A stretch of 39,404 nt of DNA from Candidatus Methanophagales archaeon (lineage in GTDB: Archaea > Halobacteriota > Syntropharchaeia > Alkanophagales > Methanospirareceae), in the NCBI GenBank assembly GCA_021161765.1, contig JAGGZZ010000081.1, positions 1-39,404 of the forward strand, given 5' to 3'. Below are positions 22,103-30,233 of this stretch, in pieces. How positions within the stretch are numbered: position 1 is the stretch's first letter; each line of letters starts with the position of its first letter. The translations under genes and the position numbers were made by a program. The notes under the pieces were generated by a model. The model did no database searches. It saw only the letters and a list, made by a program, of their open reading frames with translations, and was not told where the DNA came from.

Positions 22103-23341
22103 ATGATTCGCTTAGGTAGAGATAAAAAAGCCGCTCTGGTGTCAATAGCAGTAACGGCGTTTCTGGCGTTCATAAAATATTCCGTTGGCGTCCTTTCCGG
22201 AAGCATTGCCTTAGTTGCAGATGCCGTTCACTCACTTACGGATGTTATAAGTTCCATTGGGGTCTTCCTCGGTCTTAAAATTTCAAGTCGTAAGCCCACC
22301 GAAGCTTTCCCATACGGATTTTACAAGGCAGAGAACATAGTAAGTCTGCTGCTTGCTCTTGCGATTTTTTATGCGGGATACGAGATTATTCTCTCATCGG
22401 TCGAAAAGTTTGAAGAGGTTGTCTTAACGGACGTTCCAATTGCGATATCCGCTGCACTAATATCGTTGGTATTCACCCTGCTTTTAAGCAGTTATAAACT
22501 CAAGGTTGGAAGAGAGACAAAATCACCCAGCTTAGTCGCCGATGGCAAGCATACAAGAACAGACGTTTATGCATCTGCCGTTGTACTACTTGGAATACTG
22601 GGGAACTACTTCGGGTTCTATGCCCTTGACCCGGTAGCAGGTATTCTGGTCGCCGTATTCATCTTCAAATCAGGCTACGAGATATTAAAAGATTCAATAA
22701 AGGTGCTGCTGGACGCATCCATAGATTATGAGAGCCTCCACAGGATACGAGAAGTTGCATCTGAAGCGAACGGCGTTAGAAAAATACGTTCCCTGAAGGC
22801 GAGAAGCTCAGGTAAATTCGTATTTGTAGAGCTGGAGATAGAAACAAACTTGAGAGACCTTGAAAGGGTGCATCATCTGAGTGATAAAATCGAAGAGAAG
22901 ATAAAATCCGAGATGAAAAATGTGGATAGAGTAATAGTGCATGTAGAGCCGGAGGAGAAGGAATTTATACGCTATGCCGTCCCCTGCACGGAAAATAACG
23001 CTCTGCAGTCCCGCGTGTCCGGGCATTTCGGTGGAGCAGAATATTTCTGTATATTTGATATGAGAACAGCAGATAACGACCTGACGGATATGCAATTCAT
23101 AAAAAACCCGTTTATCGGATTGGAGAAAATGAAAGGGCTTAGGGTCGCTGAGCTTCTGGCTACCAAAGAGATAGATAAACTGGTTACAAAAGAGAGTACT
23201 GAAATTGCAAAAAAGAGTGCGTTCTATGTTCTGGAAGATGCGTATGTGGAATTTGAAGAGACCGATGCGGATACTGTCAGAGAGATTATCAAAGAGCTAA
23301 AAAAACGAAAAAAAAGGGCTGATGATATAGAATGCCGTTAA
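22103..23341 (+). CDS. Cation diffusion facilitator transporter fused to a C-terminal NifX/NifB-like (FeMo-cofactor-binding-type) domain
   Basis: The six-TM CDF core (ADAVHSLTDVISS, HTRTDVYAS) and cytoplasmic domain are followed by ...YAVPC...VSGHFGGAEYFCIFD...NPF...GLRVAELLATKEIDKLVT. The last 45 nt overlap the convergent pssA-like gene. Confidence 0.8.
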   Translation: MIRLGRDKKAALVSIAVTAFLAFIKYSVGVLSGSIALVADAVHSLTDVISSIGVFLGLKISSRKPTEAFPYGFYKAENIVSLLLALAIFYAGYEIILSSVEKFEEVVLTDVPIAISAALISLVFTLLLSSYKLKVGRETKSPSLVADGKHTRTDVYASAVVLLGILGNYFGFYALDPVAGILVAVFIFKSGYEILKDSIKVLLDASIDYESLHRIREVASEANGVRKIRSLKARSSGKFVFVELEIETNLRDLERVHHLSDKIEEKIKSEMKNVDRVIVHVEPEEKEFIRYAVPCTENNALQSRVSGHFGGAEYFCIFDMRTADNDLTDMQFIKNPFIGLEKMKGLRVAELLATKEIDKLVTKESTEIAKKSAFYVLEDAYVEFEETDADTVREIIKELKKRKKRADDIECR

Positions 23342-24061
23342 CATAAAAATAACGGCTGCTGGGTAAACGAACGGCAGAGAGAACGCATAGAAAAAGAACA
23401 GCGTGAAAAAGATAATCCCTATGGGTATCGCTATCCGCTTGTCCCTTCTATTTCTATACCGTATTCTACTGGTCATCAAGCCACATAAAACGCCCATTAA
23501 AGCAATCAGAAGGAAAAAATACGGATAAAATTTCAAGGGTAATTCGATGTATACAAGCATGAACGACGCTAAAGAAATTGCAGCCATGGTAATCGGGAAC
23601 CCCTCAAAGTACACTTTTTCTTTTTCCAAAACAGAACCAGTGCTAAAAGGATACCTGGTTTCTTTCGCGTCGAACCTCGCAAGCCTTAACATCCCGCTTA
23701 TCACATACGCACCGCAGAGAGCCAATGCAATGTATGTGTAAGCGTAAACATGCAAATAATCGTTGAGAAGCACATACGTGACAATTGCAGGTGCGACACC
23801 GAAGGACACCATATCGGCAAGCGAATCAAGATATTTGCCTATGGGCGAACCACCTATATTTCTCGCTACTACGCCATCCAATCCGTCAACGACCGCCGCG
23901 GCTAAGATCAATACAAGCGCATTTTCAATTGCGCTCGCATTCGCTTTACGCAGCACAAGTAGTATCGCAGTGAAGCCGAACAAGGCATTGAGGACCGAGA
24001 GTAAATCAGGCGGTTTTATTAGCTTTAAAAGGCTCTCGTCAGAAAATTTAGTTTCGTTCAT
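23297..24061 (-). CDS. pssA: CDP-alcohol phosphatidyltransferase (archaetidylserine synthase-like)
   Basis: It carries the DGLDGVVARNIGGSPIGKYLDSLADMVSFGVAP signature D-x2-DG-x2-AR-x8-G-x3-D-x3-D and is a multi-TM protein. Confidence 0.8.
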   Translation of the reverse strand: MNETKFSDESLLKLIKPPDLLSVLNALFGFTAILLVLRKANASAIENALVLILAAAVVDGLDGVVARNIGGSPIGKYLDSLADMVSFGVAPAIVTYVLLNDYLHVYAYTYIALALCGAYVISGMLRLARFDAKETRYPFSTGSVLEKEKVYFEGFPITMAAISLASFMLVYIELPLKFYPYFFLLIALMGVLCGLMTSRIRYRNRRDKRIAIPIGIIFFTLFFFYAFSLPFVYPAAVIFMLTAFYIISPFFSFF

Positions 24062-24068
24062 TTTTTCG

Positions 24069-24238
24069 TGTATAAAGTATAACAGCCTTCTATTTAAGAC
24101 ACGGATTTACACAGATTTACACGGATTTTTTTCTTGTTTGTTGGACTGTGTGGGTGGCGGGGCTATTTTTAATGGCATTGCTCGTTTCATCTTGTCTGTG
24201 TTAATCTGTGTCAATCTGTGTCAACAATTTATTTATCA
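24069..24238 (-). repeat. Composite intergenic element, copy G (between the OB/HD gene and pssA)
   Basis: The minus strand reads GATAAATAAATTGTTGACACAGATTGACACAGATTAACACAGACAAG..(divergent spacer)..AAATCCGTGTAAATCTGTGTAAATCCGTGTCTTAAATAGAAGGCTGTTATACTTTATAC. The pssA ATG lies 29 nt after TTAAATAG. Confidence 0.85.
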
Positions 24239-25212
24239 AAATGTGTTTTCGCTTTACCCAGATAAAAGAAACGGTCTAATCTCCGGCTGAAATCACTCCA
24301 TACTCCTTCTTTTCCTTTCGCCTCCTCCTGCTTCTGTATCTGCATGAATTCCTTGAGCTGAGAATCGAGCAGGTCGGCATAACATAATGCCTGCGCTTCT
24401 GCAAACAACGGCTTCACCGGGGAGCCCCAGTCACCGTAATTATGATGACTCAGGATAAGATGCAGCAGCCTGAGCTCAAGTTCTTTCGGGAAACTTTTTA
24501 TCTCTTTTATTTTTTCCCCCACCATTCGGTAACCCAGCACGACATGGTCTATCAGCCCGCCTTCTTCTGTTACGTCTATCCGAAACGAATATTTATACGC
24601 CGCTGTTTTCCCTACGTCATGCAGGATGGCACCCGCAAGTAACAAATCACTATCGAGTTCGGGGTACAGCCCGCAGATGGTTTTGCATATCGCTACAACC
24701 GATTGCGTATGCTCGATCAACCCGCCGGAGTAATTATGGTGATGGAATTTAGCGGCTGGAGCCCTCTTAAACGATTTCATAAAGGTGGAGTCGTGGAGAA
24801 AAGAAAAAACCAGCTGCTTAAGATATTCGTTCTCTATACTCTCCGCTGTTTTTAATAGCTCATCAACCAGAAAGTCTATGTTTTTCGATGTTATTGGCAG
24901 ATATTCGGCGATGTCGCATGGTTCAGTACTTTTTTCAAGCCCTTCTGGCGTGAAGATTAACTGTAAACGACCTTTGAAGGATTCCACCACGCCCTTTATA
25001 CGAACAACGTCGCCGGGGTCGAACCGAGATGCGACTTCTTCCGCGTTATTCCAGCACTTCGCCCATATACTGCCCGAGCCATCTCCTAATTGCACCTGCA
25101 GGTAGTATCCCTCTTTTCTGATAAATTCCTTTAGTTCCTTCTCCATTACCAGAAAGGAGGAATCAATAGAGCTGCCAGCCTTTAAATCCTTTATCTTTTT
25201 TGTTTCGCTCAT
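24229..25212 (-). CDS. OB-fold + HD-domain phosphohydrolase (YhaM-like 3'-5' exonuclease family)
   Basis: It has an N-terminal OB fold (GDVVRIKGVVESFKGRLQL) and an HD domain (LIEHTQSV..., GAILHDVGK, HHNYGDWGSP). Confidence 0.7.
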   Translation of the reverse strand: MSETKKIKDLKAGSSIDSSFLVMEKELKEFIRKEGYYLQVQLGDGSGSIWAKCWNNAEEVASRFDPGDVVRIKGVVESFKGRLQLIFTPEGLEKSTEPCDIAEYLPITSKNIDFLVDELLKTAESIENEYLKQLVFSFLHDSTFMKSFKRAPAAKFHHHNYSGGLIEHTQSVVAICKTICGLYPELDSDLLLAGAILHDVGKTAAYKYSFRIDVTEEGGLIDHVVLGYRMVGEKIKEIKSFPKELELRLLHLILSHHNYGDWGSPVKPLFAEAQALCYADLLDSQLKEFMQIQKQEEAKGKEGVWSDFSRRLDRFFYLGKAKTHFDK

Positions 25213-25214
25213 TT

Positions 25215-26687
25215 TTATTTTTCCTGAGAAAGTATATTTTCAATTGGAATGCCTTTCAAAAACAGCATTCCATCTGAAGACCCAATCGCAAATAGATAGT
25301 GGATGTCGCCATGTAAGTTATCGTAAGGCACCTTCTGAACTCGATAATAAATAGTTCCATCTCTCACGATAGAGCATTGACCGGTCCTTAATACCATATC
25401 GTCATGATTATAATATAATGGCACAGCATGATGTTTCGCAGAACCAATTACAGATGGGATATTAATGCTTTTCAGCAGCATACCTTCTGCAAAAGAATCG
25501 TCAGTACAATGCCCAATAAAGAAGTTATTCTCCTTAAAATATCCCCACATCCAGTCGGGATTGGCTATACATTCTGTTTGGATAGTTTTTCCATCAATTG
25601 TTATGTTAGGTGTTGAGGGCAAATTAGGTGGTTTATGTGGTTCTATCGGATAAATAAAGTGTTTTTCTTTGCTTTGACCCCAACCGTAAACGTAAGCGGA
25701 TATACATCCAGCTATCATATCTACTTTATCACCATAATGTTCACCGGCTGATGACCGAGCGACTGTTCTATTGAAAATTGTTAATAATTCTCCTATGGCG
25801 AAATTAGAGCGTTCTATGGGCTTATCGTTCAATTCAGCAAATCCGTTTCTGAACATCCAGTCTCTCATCTCTTCCAATGTGGTTTTATTGACAAACAGCC
25901 ATGCGAAATCCTCTGAATTCATCTGTCTGTCGTGAAATTCATCATACCAAAATAATGTTTTCTTTGTATGAACTGGAATTCCATCTTCGTATACAAATCC
26001 CATTTCTGGGGGAATCGGATAATAAATACCCATAGCGCCCCACACTAAACCAATATCCACTTCGAGCGGATAATCAGCAGCTTTCCAGGGAATCTCCTTT
26101 TCTTCTATGATTTCATCAGTCGCTTTTATGTAATCATACATGGCAGAAACATACTTTTTAACGCTCTGGTCAACCTGGTCATCACCGATAGTAACCACTG
26201 AACCATAATCTAAGGCTAAAGCCAAAGCAACCCGCTCATAATCTTTATCTATTCTGTTTGTGGATGCCAACCAGAACAAAACTTCCAGTTGAGTGTTGTA
26301 TTCTGGTGTTTCAAAATCTACCCAATGCCCTTTCTCTTCTGGCGGGACGCCGTACTCCTCTATCAATTGCAAACCCTGCTGAACTTCGGGGTCTGGGCTT
26401 CTCATTAGATTGGCAATTCGTTCTGCCGCTTCTATCTCCTCTTGTGTAATCCCATCTTGAATTTCTGGTAGATTATTGAAGTCATCAGCAAGGTCATCCA
26501 AGTTAAGCGTGATATCCTGTATAAAACCGCCGTTATTCATTTTATCCTTAGTTATAGTGTAGTTGAATTCTGTTATATTGCCTCGATTATCTCTTGCAAA
26601 AAATGTTGGCTGCACAAGTACCGATACCGCTATGCACACTGCTAATGCACCCACAAGAGAGAATAGCCTCTTTTTCGTTTTGTTCAT
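25215..26687 (-). CDS. Secreted/membrane-anchored protein with a C-terminal transglutaminase-like Cys-His-Asp core (tentative)
   Basis: There is an N-terminal hydrophobic anchor (LFSLVGALAVCIAVSVLV). The C-terminal GHCTDDSFAEGMLLKSINIPSVIGSAKHHAVPLYYNHDD resembles the G-x-C...IP...H...D papain-like/transglutaminase pattern. Its stop lies 2 nt before the OB/HD start. Confidence 0.4.
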   Translation of the reverse strand: MNKTKKRLFSLVGALAVCIAVSVLVQPTFFARDNRGNITEFNYTITKDKMNNGGFIQDITLNLDDLADDFNNLPEIQDGITQEEIEAAERIANLMRSPDPEVQQGLQLIEEYGVPPEEKGHWVDFETPEYNTQLEVLFWLASTNRIDKDYERVALALALDYGSVVTIGDDQVDQSVKKYVSAMYDYIKATDEIIEEKEIPWKAADYPLEVDIGLVWGAMGIYYPIPPEMGFVYEDGIPVHTKKTLFWYDEFHDRQMNSEDFAWLFVNKTTLEEMRDWMFRNGFAELNDKPIERSNFAIGELLTIFNRTVARSSAGEHYGDKVDMIAGCISAYVYGWGQSKEKHFIYPIEPHKPPNLPSTPNITIDGKTIQTECIANPDWMWGYFKENNFFIGHCTDDSFAEGMLLKSINIPSVIGSAKHHAVPLYYNHDDMVLRTGQCSIVRDGTIYYRVQKVPYDNLHGDIHYLFAIGSSDGMLFLKGIPIENILSQEK

Positions 26688-26708
26688 CCTCTTTAAGTGT
26701 CTTTTCTC

Positions 26709-27515
26709 TTATTCCTCTTCCAACTCAGCCATCATCTCATCCATCGAATATATCCCCGCTTCCTCTTTCCTGTTAATCCATTCAATGGCTTTTATCGCAC
26801 CCCGAGCGAAAGCTTCTCGACTGTGTGCACGATGTGTTATCTCCAGTCGCTCTCCCTTGCCCGCATACAATACCGTGTGGTCGCCAACGATGTCCCCTGC
26901 ACGGATTGCATGTATTCCTATCTCCTCATCCGTTCTCTCTCCTGTGATGCCCTGCCTGCCATAGACAAATGCTGTTTTTTCTCCGAGGCAATCAGCGAGG
27001 ATTCCCGCGGCTTTTACCGCCGTCCCGCTTGGAGCGTCCTTTTTATGCGAGTGGTGCATCTCTATAATCTCGGTATGATACCGGTATGGCAAAAAATGCC
27101 GTGCCGCATCGGCAATCAATTTCCAGAAGACGTTCACACCGATAGAGAAGTTAGGGGAAATAATAGCAGGGACATGGTCTTTTATAGCGTTTTCCATCTC
27201 TTTGAATTGCACCTCCGAGAATCCCGTGGTGCCAACCACGAGCTTTAGGTTGTTACGAGCGGCGGCTTTAACGTTTTCAACTGCTGCTGCTGCATTCGTA
27301 AAATCCACGAACACATCCGGCTTGACCCTGTTTAACACGTGCTCCAGTTCTTCTGGACTCGATATTTTTACTCCCGTTCCCGGTGCTATTTCTTCTCCTA
27401 CACCACGGGAATCAAAACCCGCCACCAGTTCCATATTCTCGGTTTCCAGAACGCTTCTCACCACCTGACCGCCCATTCTACCTCTTGCTCCCGCAACCGC
27501 TACTTTTATTGCCAT
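26709..27515 (-). CDS. dapB: 4-hydroxy-tetrahydrodipicolinate reductase
   Basis: It has the AVAGARGRMGG Rossmann motif and the EMHHSHKKDAPSGTA signature. Confidence 0.9.
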   Translation of the reverse strand: MAIKVAVAGARGRMGGQVVRSVLETENMELVAGFDSRGVGEEIAPGTGVKISSPEELEHVLNRVKPDVFVDFTNAAAAVENVKAAARNNLKLVVGTTGFSEVQFKEMENAIKDHVPAIISPNFSIGVNVFWKLIADAARHFLPYRYHTEIIEMHHSHKKDAPSGTAVKAAGILADCLGEKTAFVYGRQGITGERTDEEIGIHAIRAGDIVGDHTVLYAGKGERLEITHRAHSREAFARGAIKAIEWINRKEEAGIYSMDEMMAELEEE

Positions 27516-27571
27516 GATTAATCCAAAAGTTAGCTCTTTAAAACTTTTAAAAAGGTTTATGTTTCTTTGAT

Positions 27572-27598
27572 CAAACTTTCTTTGTGAAAGAAAGTTTG
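27572..27598. promoter_or_regulatory. Perfect 12+3+12 palindrome CAAACTTTCTTT-GTG-AAAGAAAGTTTG in the dapB/rnz divergent region
   Basis: The sequence was read directly. It lies 31 nt upstream of the rnz ATG, and a related AAGAAAAGCTTT directly abuts the ATG. Confidence 0.5.
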
Positions 27599-27628
27599 TT
27601 GGTAAGCATTCTTTCTAAGAAAAGCTTT

Positions 27629-28555
27629 ATGTTGCGAATAACGTTTTTAGGAACCGGTGGCTCGACACCAACGCCGAACAGGAATCCTTCTGCAATAGCG
27701 GTAAATCGCGAAGGGGAACTAATGCTGTTTGATTGTGGAGAAGGCACGCAGCGGCAGATGATGCGTGCAAAGACCGGAATGACGCTAAACTCCATTTTCG
27801 TCACGCATTTCCATGCTGACCATGTGCTCGGTATTCCAGGCCTGTTACAAACGATGGCGTTGCAGGGTAGGAAAGAGCCGCTGGAGATATACGGTCCAAG
27901 ACACGTGGATAAATTCCTGTACCATCTTCTGGCTTTGGGGTATGGAGGAAGGAGTTTTGAAGTAAAAGCGATAGAACTGAAACCAGGGGACGTGGTAAAA
28001 AGACCGAAGTATGAGATAAGAGCGATAAAAACGGTGCACAATATAGTAAGTATAGGATACGTGTTGGAAGAGGCAATGCGACCAGGGAGATTTAATCGGG
28101 AACGAGCAATAGAGCTTGGCATCAAACCCGGTCCTTTATTTTCCAAACTTCAATCAGGGCATTCCATTCTGGTAGATGGGAAAGAAATACGACCGGAGCA
28201 GGTTTTAGGACCGCCGCGACCGGGCAGGAAAATTGTATATACCGGCGATACAAGACCCTGCGAAAGCGTGATAGAAGCAAGCAGGGATGCAGACTTATTA
28301 ATACATGAGGGCACTTTATCGGAGGAAACGCAACGGTATGCGATTGAGTACATGCATTCGACTGCTGCGGAAGCTGCGGAAGTGGCGAAGAAAGCGAGCG
28401 TAAGAAAACTTATCCTGACGCACCTAAGCGCGAGGTATTCGGATTTAGGCGGTACGAGCAAGCTGGAAGAAGAAGCACGGCGTGTGTTTGAGAACACCGA
28501 AGTTGCAAGAGAGTTAATGACGATAGAAATTCCTTATAGAGTTGAGGGGGAGTGA
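27629..28555 (+). CDS. rnz: Ribonuclease Z (tRNA 3' endonuclease)
   Basis: The translation MLRITFLGTGGSTPTPNRNPSAIAV...THFHADHVLGIPGLL... shows a metallo-beta-lactamase fold. I chose the start at ATG 27629. The track start at 27584 is a GTG in the centre of the palindrome. Confidence 0.85.
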   Translation: MLRITFLGTGGSTPTPNRNPSAIAVNREGELMLFDCGEGTQRQMMRAKTGMTLNSIFVTHFHADHVLGIPGLLQTMALQGRKEPLEIYGPRHVDKFLYHLLALGYGGRSFEVKAIELKPGDVVKRPKYEIRAIKTVHNIVSIGYVLEEAMRPGRFNRERAIELGIKPGPLFSKLQSGHSILVDGKEIRPEQVLGPPRPGRKIVYTGDTRPCESVIEASRDADLLIHEGTLSEETQRYAIEYMHSTAAEAAEVAKKASVRKLILTHLSARYSDLGGTSKLEEEARRVFENTEVARELMTIEIPYRVEGE

Positions 28556-28868
28556 GGAGAGTAAGCCCCCTTCTGTTTCGGCAGCATTTATCTGCGCGCC
28601 TTCTTGATTTGAGGCTTGCACCCACGAGGTTGGTCGTTCCATCCGTTGCCATACGACCTCATCCTTGCGGAATCATTGCATTGGTATGGCACGGTATCGT
28701 TTCTATACCATAGCCAAGACTCTCGCCTTATGCCCTCACGGCATTCGTGTTTTCGCGGTGGAGGGACTTTCCTCAGCCAGCCCTTCGACAAAAGGTTGAC
28801 CAGTACATATTTTCCGTCAACGCTTTTTTTTTAAAGGGTTGTCCGGCAGCTGCCCTTCCTCTCTCCCC
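28545..28868 (-). ncRNA. rnpB: RNase P RNA (archaeal type-A-like)
   Basis: The minus strand contains CR-I GAGGAAAGUCCCUCC (28774-28760) and CR-V AGAUAAAUGCUGCCGAAACAGAAGGGGGCUUAC (ending at 28561). P1 can form between GGGGAG-A-GAGGA (5') and UCCUC-A-CUCCCC (3'). P2 can form between GGCAGC and GCUGCC, placed as in bacterial/archaeal models. A TATA-like AAAATATATA lies at 28900-28891, about 25-30 nt upstream of the proposed 5' end. The ends are accurate to about +/-5 nt. Confidence 0.8.
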
Positions 28869-28914
28869 TATATCTATATTGTTCTATTCCTATATATTTT
28901 TTCTGTTCCGTTAA

Positions 28915-30045
28915 TCAGCGAATAATGGGTATCATATCTCCAATTCCACCTCTACGACCGGCACTTGCACCCACATTCTTTACCTTCAGGTTTGTAGTAC
29001 CCTCTTTTCGGTCTTCATATCTTCCACCGAATACCCATGTTGGCTCTACACCGGTAATTATCGCCGTCACCCTTGCTTTTCCCGCGTAATCGTTATCTAT
29101 TCTCGCTCCCCATATCACGTTTGCATCAGGATTCAAGTCGTAGGTGAGCAACTCCACGATGTCGTTTGTCTCGATCATTGTAAGGTCCGAGCCGCCGGTG
29201 ATGTGTATAAGAGCACCTCTTGCACCTCGATAGTCCGCTTCGAGCAGCGGATGGCTGAGCGCATCCGACACCACCGCTTCGGGTTTGTTCTCCGCTTTTG
29301 TTGTCTCGCCGACGAGCATCACCGCGACACCGCCTTCTGCCATTACTGCCTTGAGGTCGGCAAAGTCGAGATTAACCAGGGAAGGTTGTGTTACCGTCCC
29401 CGCTATGCCCTGTATTGTACTTGCAATCAACATGTCCATTGTTTTAAAAGCGTCATTCACCGAGAGGTTCCCCGCGTATTTTAGTAATTTGTCGTTCTCC
29501 AACACGATAACCGTATCTGTTGTTTCTCGCAATGCCTCTATCCCCTCTGCTGCCCTGTCTCTCCTTTTCCGTTCCACACCAAATGGGAACGAGACCATAG
29601 CAACGACAATCGCGCCCGCTTCCTTTGCTATCTCTGCAACAACGGGTGAAGCCCCTGTGCCTGTTCCTCCGCCCATTCCCGCAGTGAGGAACACAAAGTT
29701 CTTATCTGCCAGCAACACTTCTAATTCATTTCTGTCTATTTCCGCTGCTTTCCTCGCTACTTCTGGTGACCCTCCGGCTCCTAATCCCCGGGTAAGTGAC
29801 CGCCCTATCAATACCTTCTTTTCGCAACTTATCGAATCCAGGTGCAGCTTGTCGGTATTTATAGCTATTCTATCTACGCCACCCAGTCCCCCTAAGCTCT
29901 CTAACCTGTTCATAGAGTTGTTACCTGCTCCGCCCACACCAACGATTGCTATCTTCGGCACACCAAACCAATCTTCCTCTGCTTCTTCATTCACACCTAT
30001 TTCCTCTGGGCTATGCCCAAATATTGTATCCATCTTGTCTTCCAT
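28915..30045 (-). CDS. ftsZ: Cell division GTPase FtsZ
   Basis: Motifs present are IAIVGVGGAGNN, the GMGGGTGTGASPVVAEIAKE tubulin signature and NDKLL. Confidence 0.9.
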   Translation of the reverse strand: MEDKMDTIFGHSPEEIGVNEEAEEDWFGVPKIAIVGVGGAGNNSMNRLESLGGLGGVDRIAINTDKLHLDSISCEKKVLIGRSLTRGLGAGGSPEVARKAAEIDRNELEVLLADKNFVFLTAGMGGGTGTGASPVVAEIAKEAGAIVVAMVSFPFGVERKRRDRAAEGIEALRETTDTVIVLENDKLLKYAGNLSVNDAFKTMDMLIASTIQGIAGTVTQPSLVNLDFADLKAVMAEGGVAVMLVGETTKAENKPEAVVSDALSHPLLEADYRGARGALIHITGGSDLTMIETNDIVELLTYDLNPDANVIWGARIDNDYAGKARVTAIITGVEPTWVFGGRYEDRKEGTTNLKVKNVGASAGRRGGIGDMIPIIR

Positions 30046-30233
30046 CCCCTTTTTTTTACCTCATTTACGTACAATTTTTCTTGGTAATTGTTTCCTTAAG
30101 AAGGAAGGGTTATATAAAGCTTCCGGTTAAATACGGTATATAAATAGTTTTCAGAATAACTTTTTAGAAAGATAGAAGAGAATAGTAATAGAAATAGAAA
30201 TTTGCCGTCCTTGGAGAGAGGGGGAAAGTGAAA

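Noticed and set aside
29285-30130. A long plus-strand ORF (281 aa) lies antisense to ftsZ. Similar shadow ORFs are 1888..2463(-), 20558..21034(+), 27571..28146(-), 36338..36880(-), 37150..37765(-), 6798..7278(-) and 8580..8969(-).
   Set aside because: Each lies entirely opposite a gene with strong family motifs. Their translations are low-complexity (Ser/Pro/Leu-rich) with no recognisable domains, which is typical of antisense shadow ORFs.
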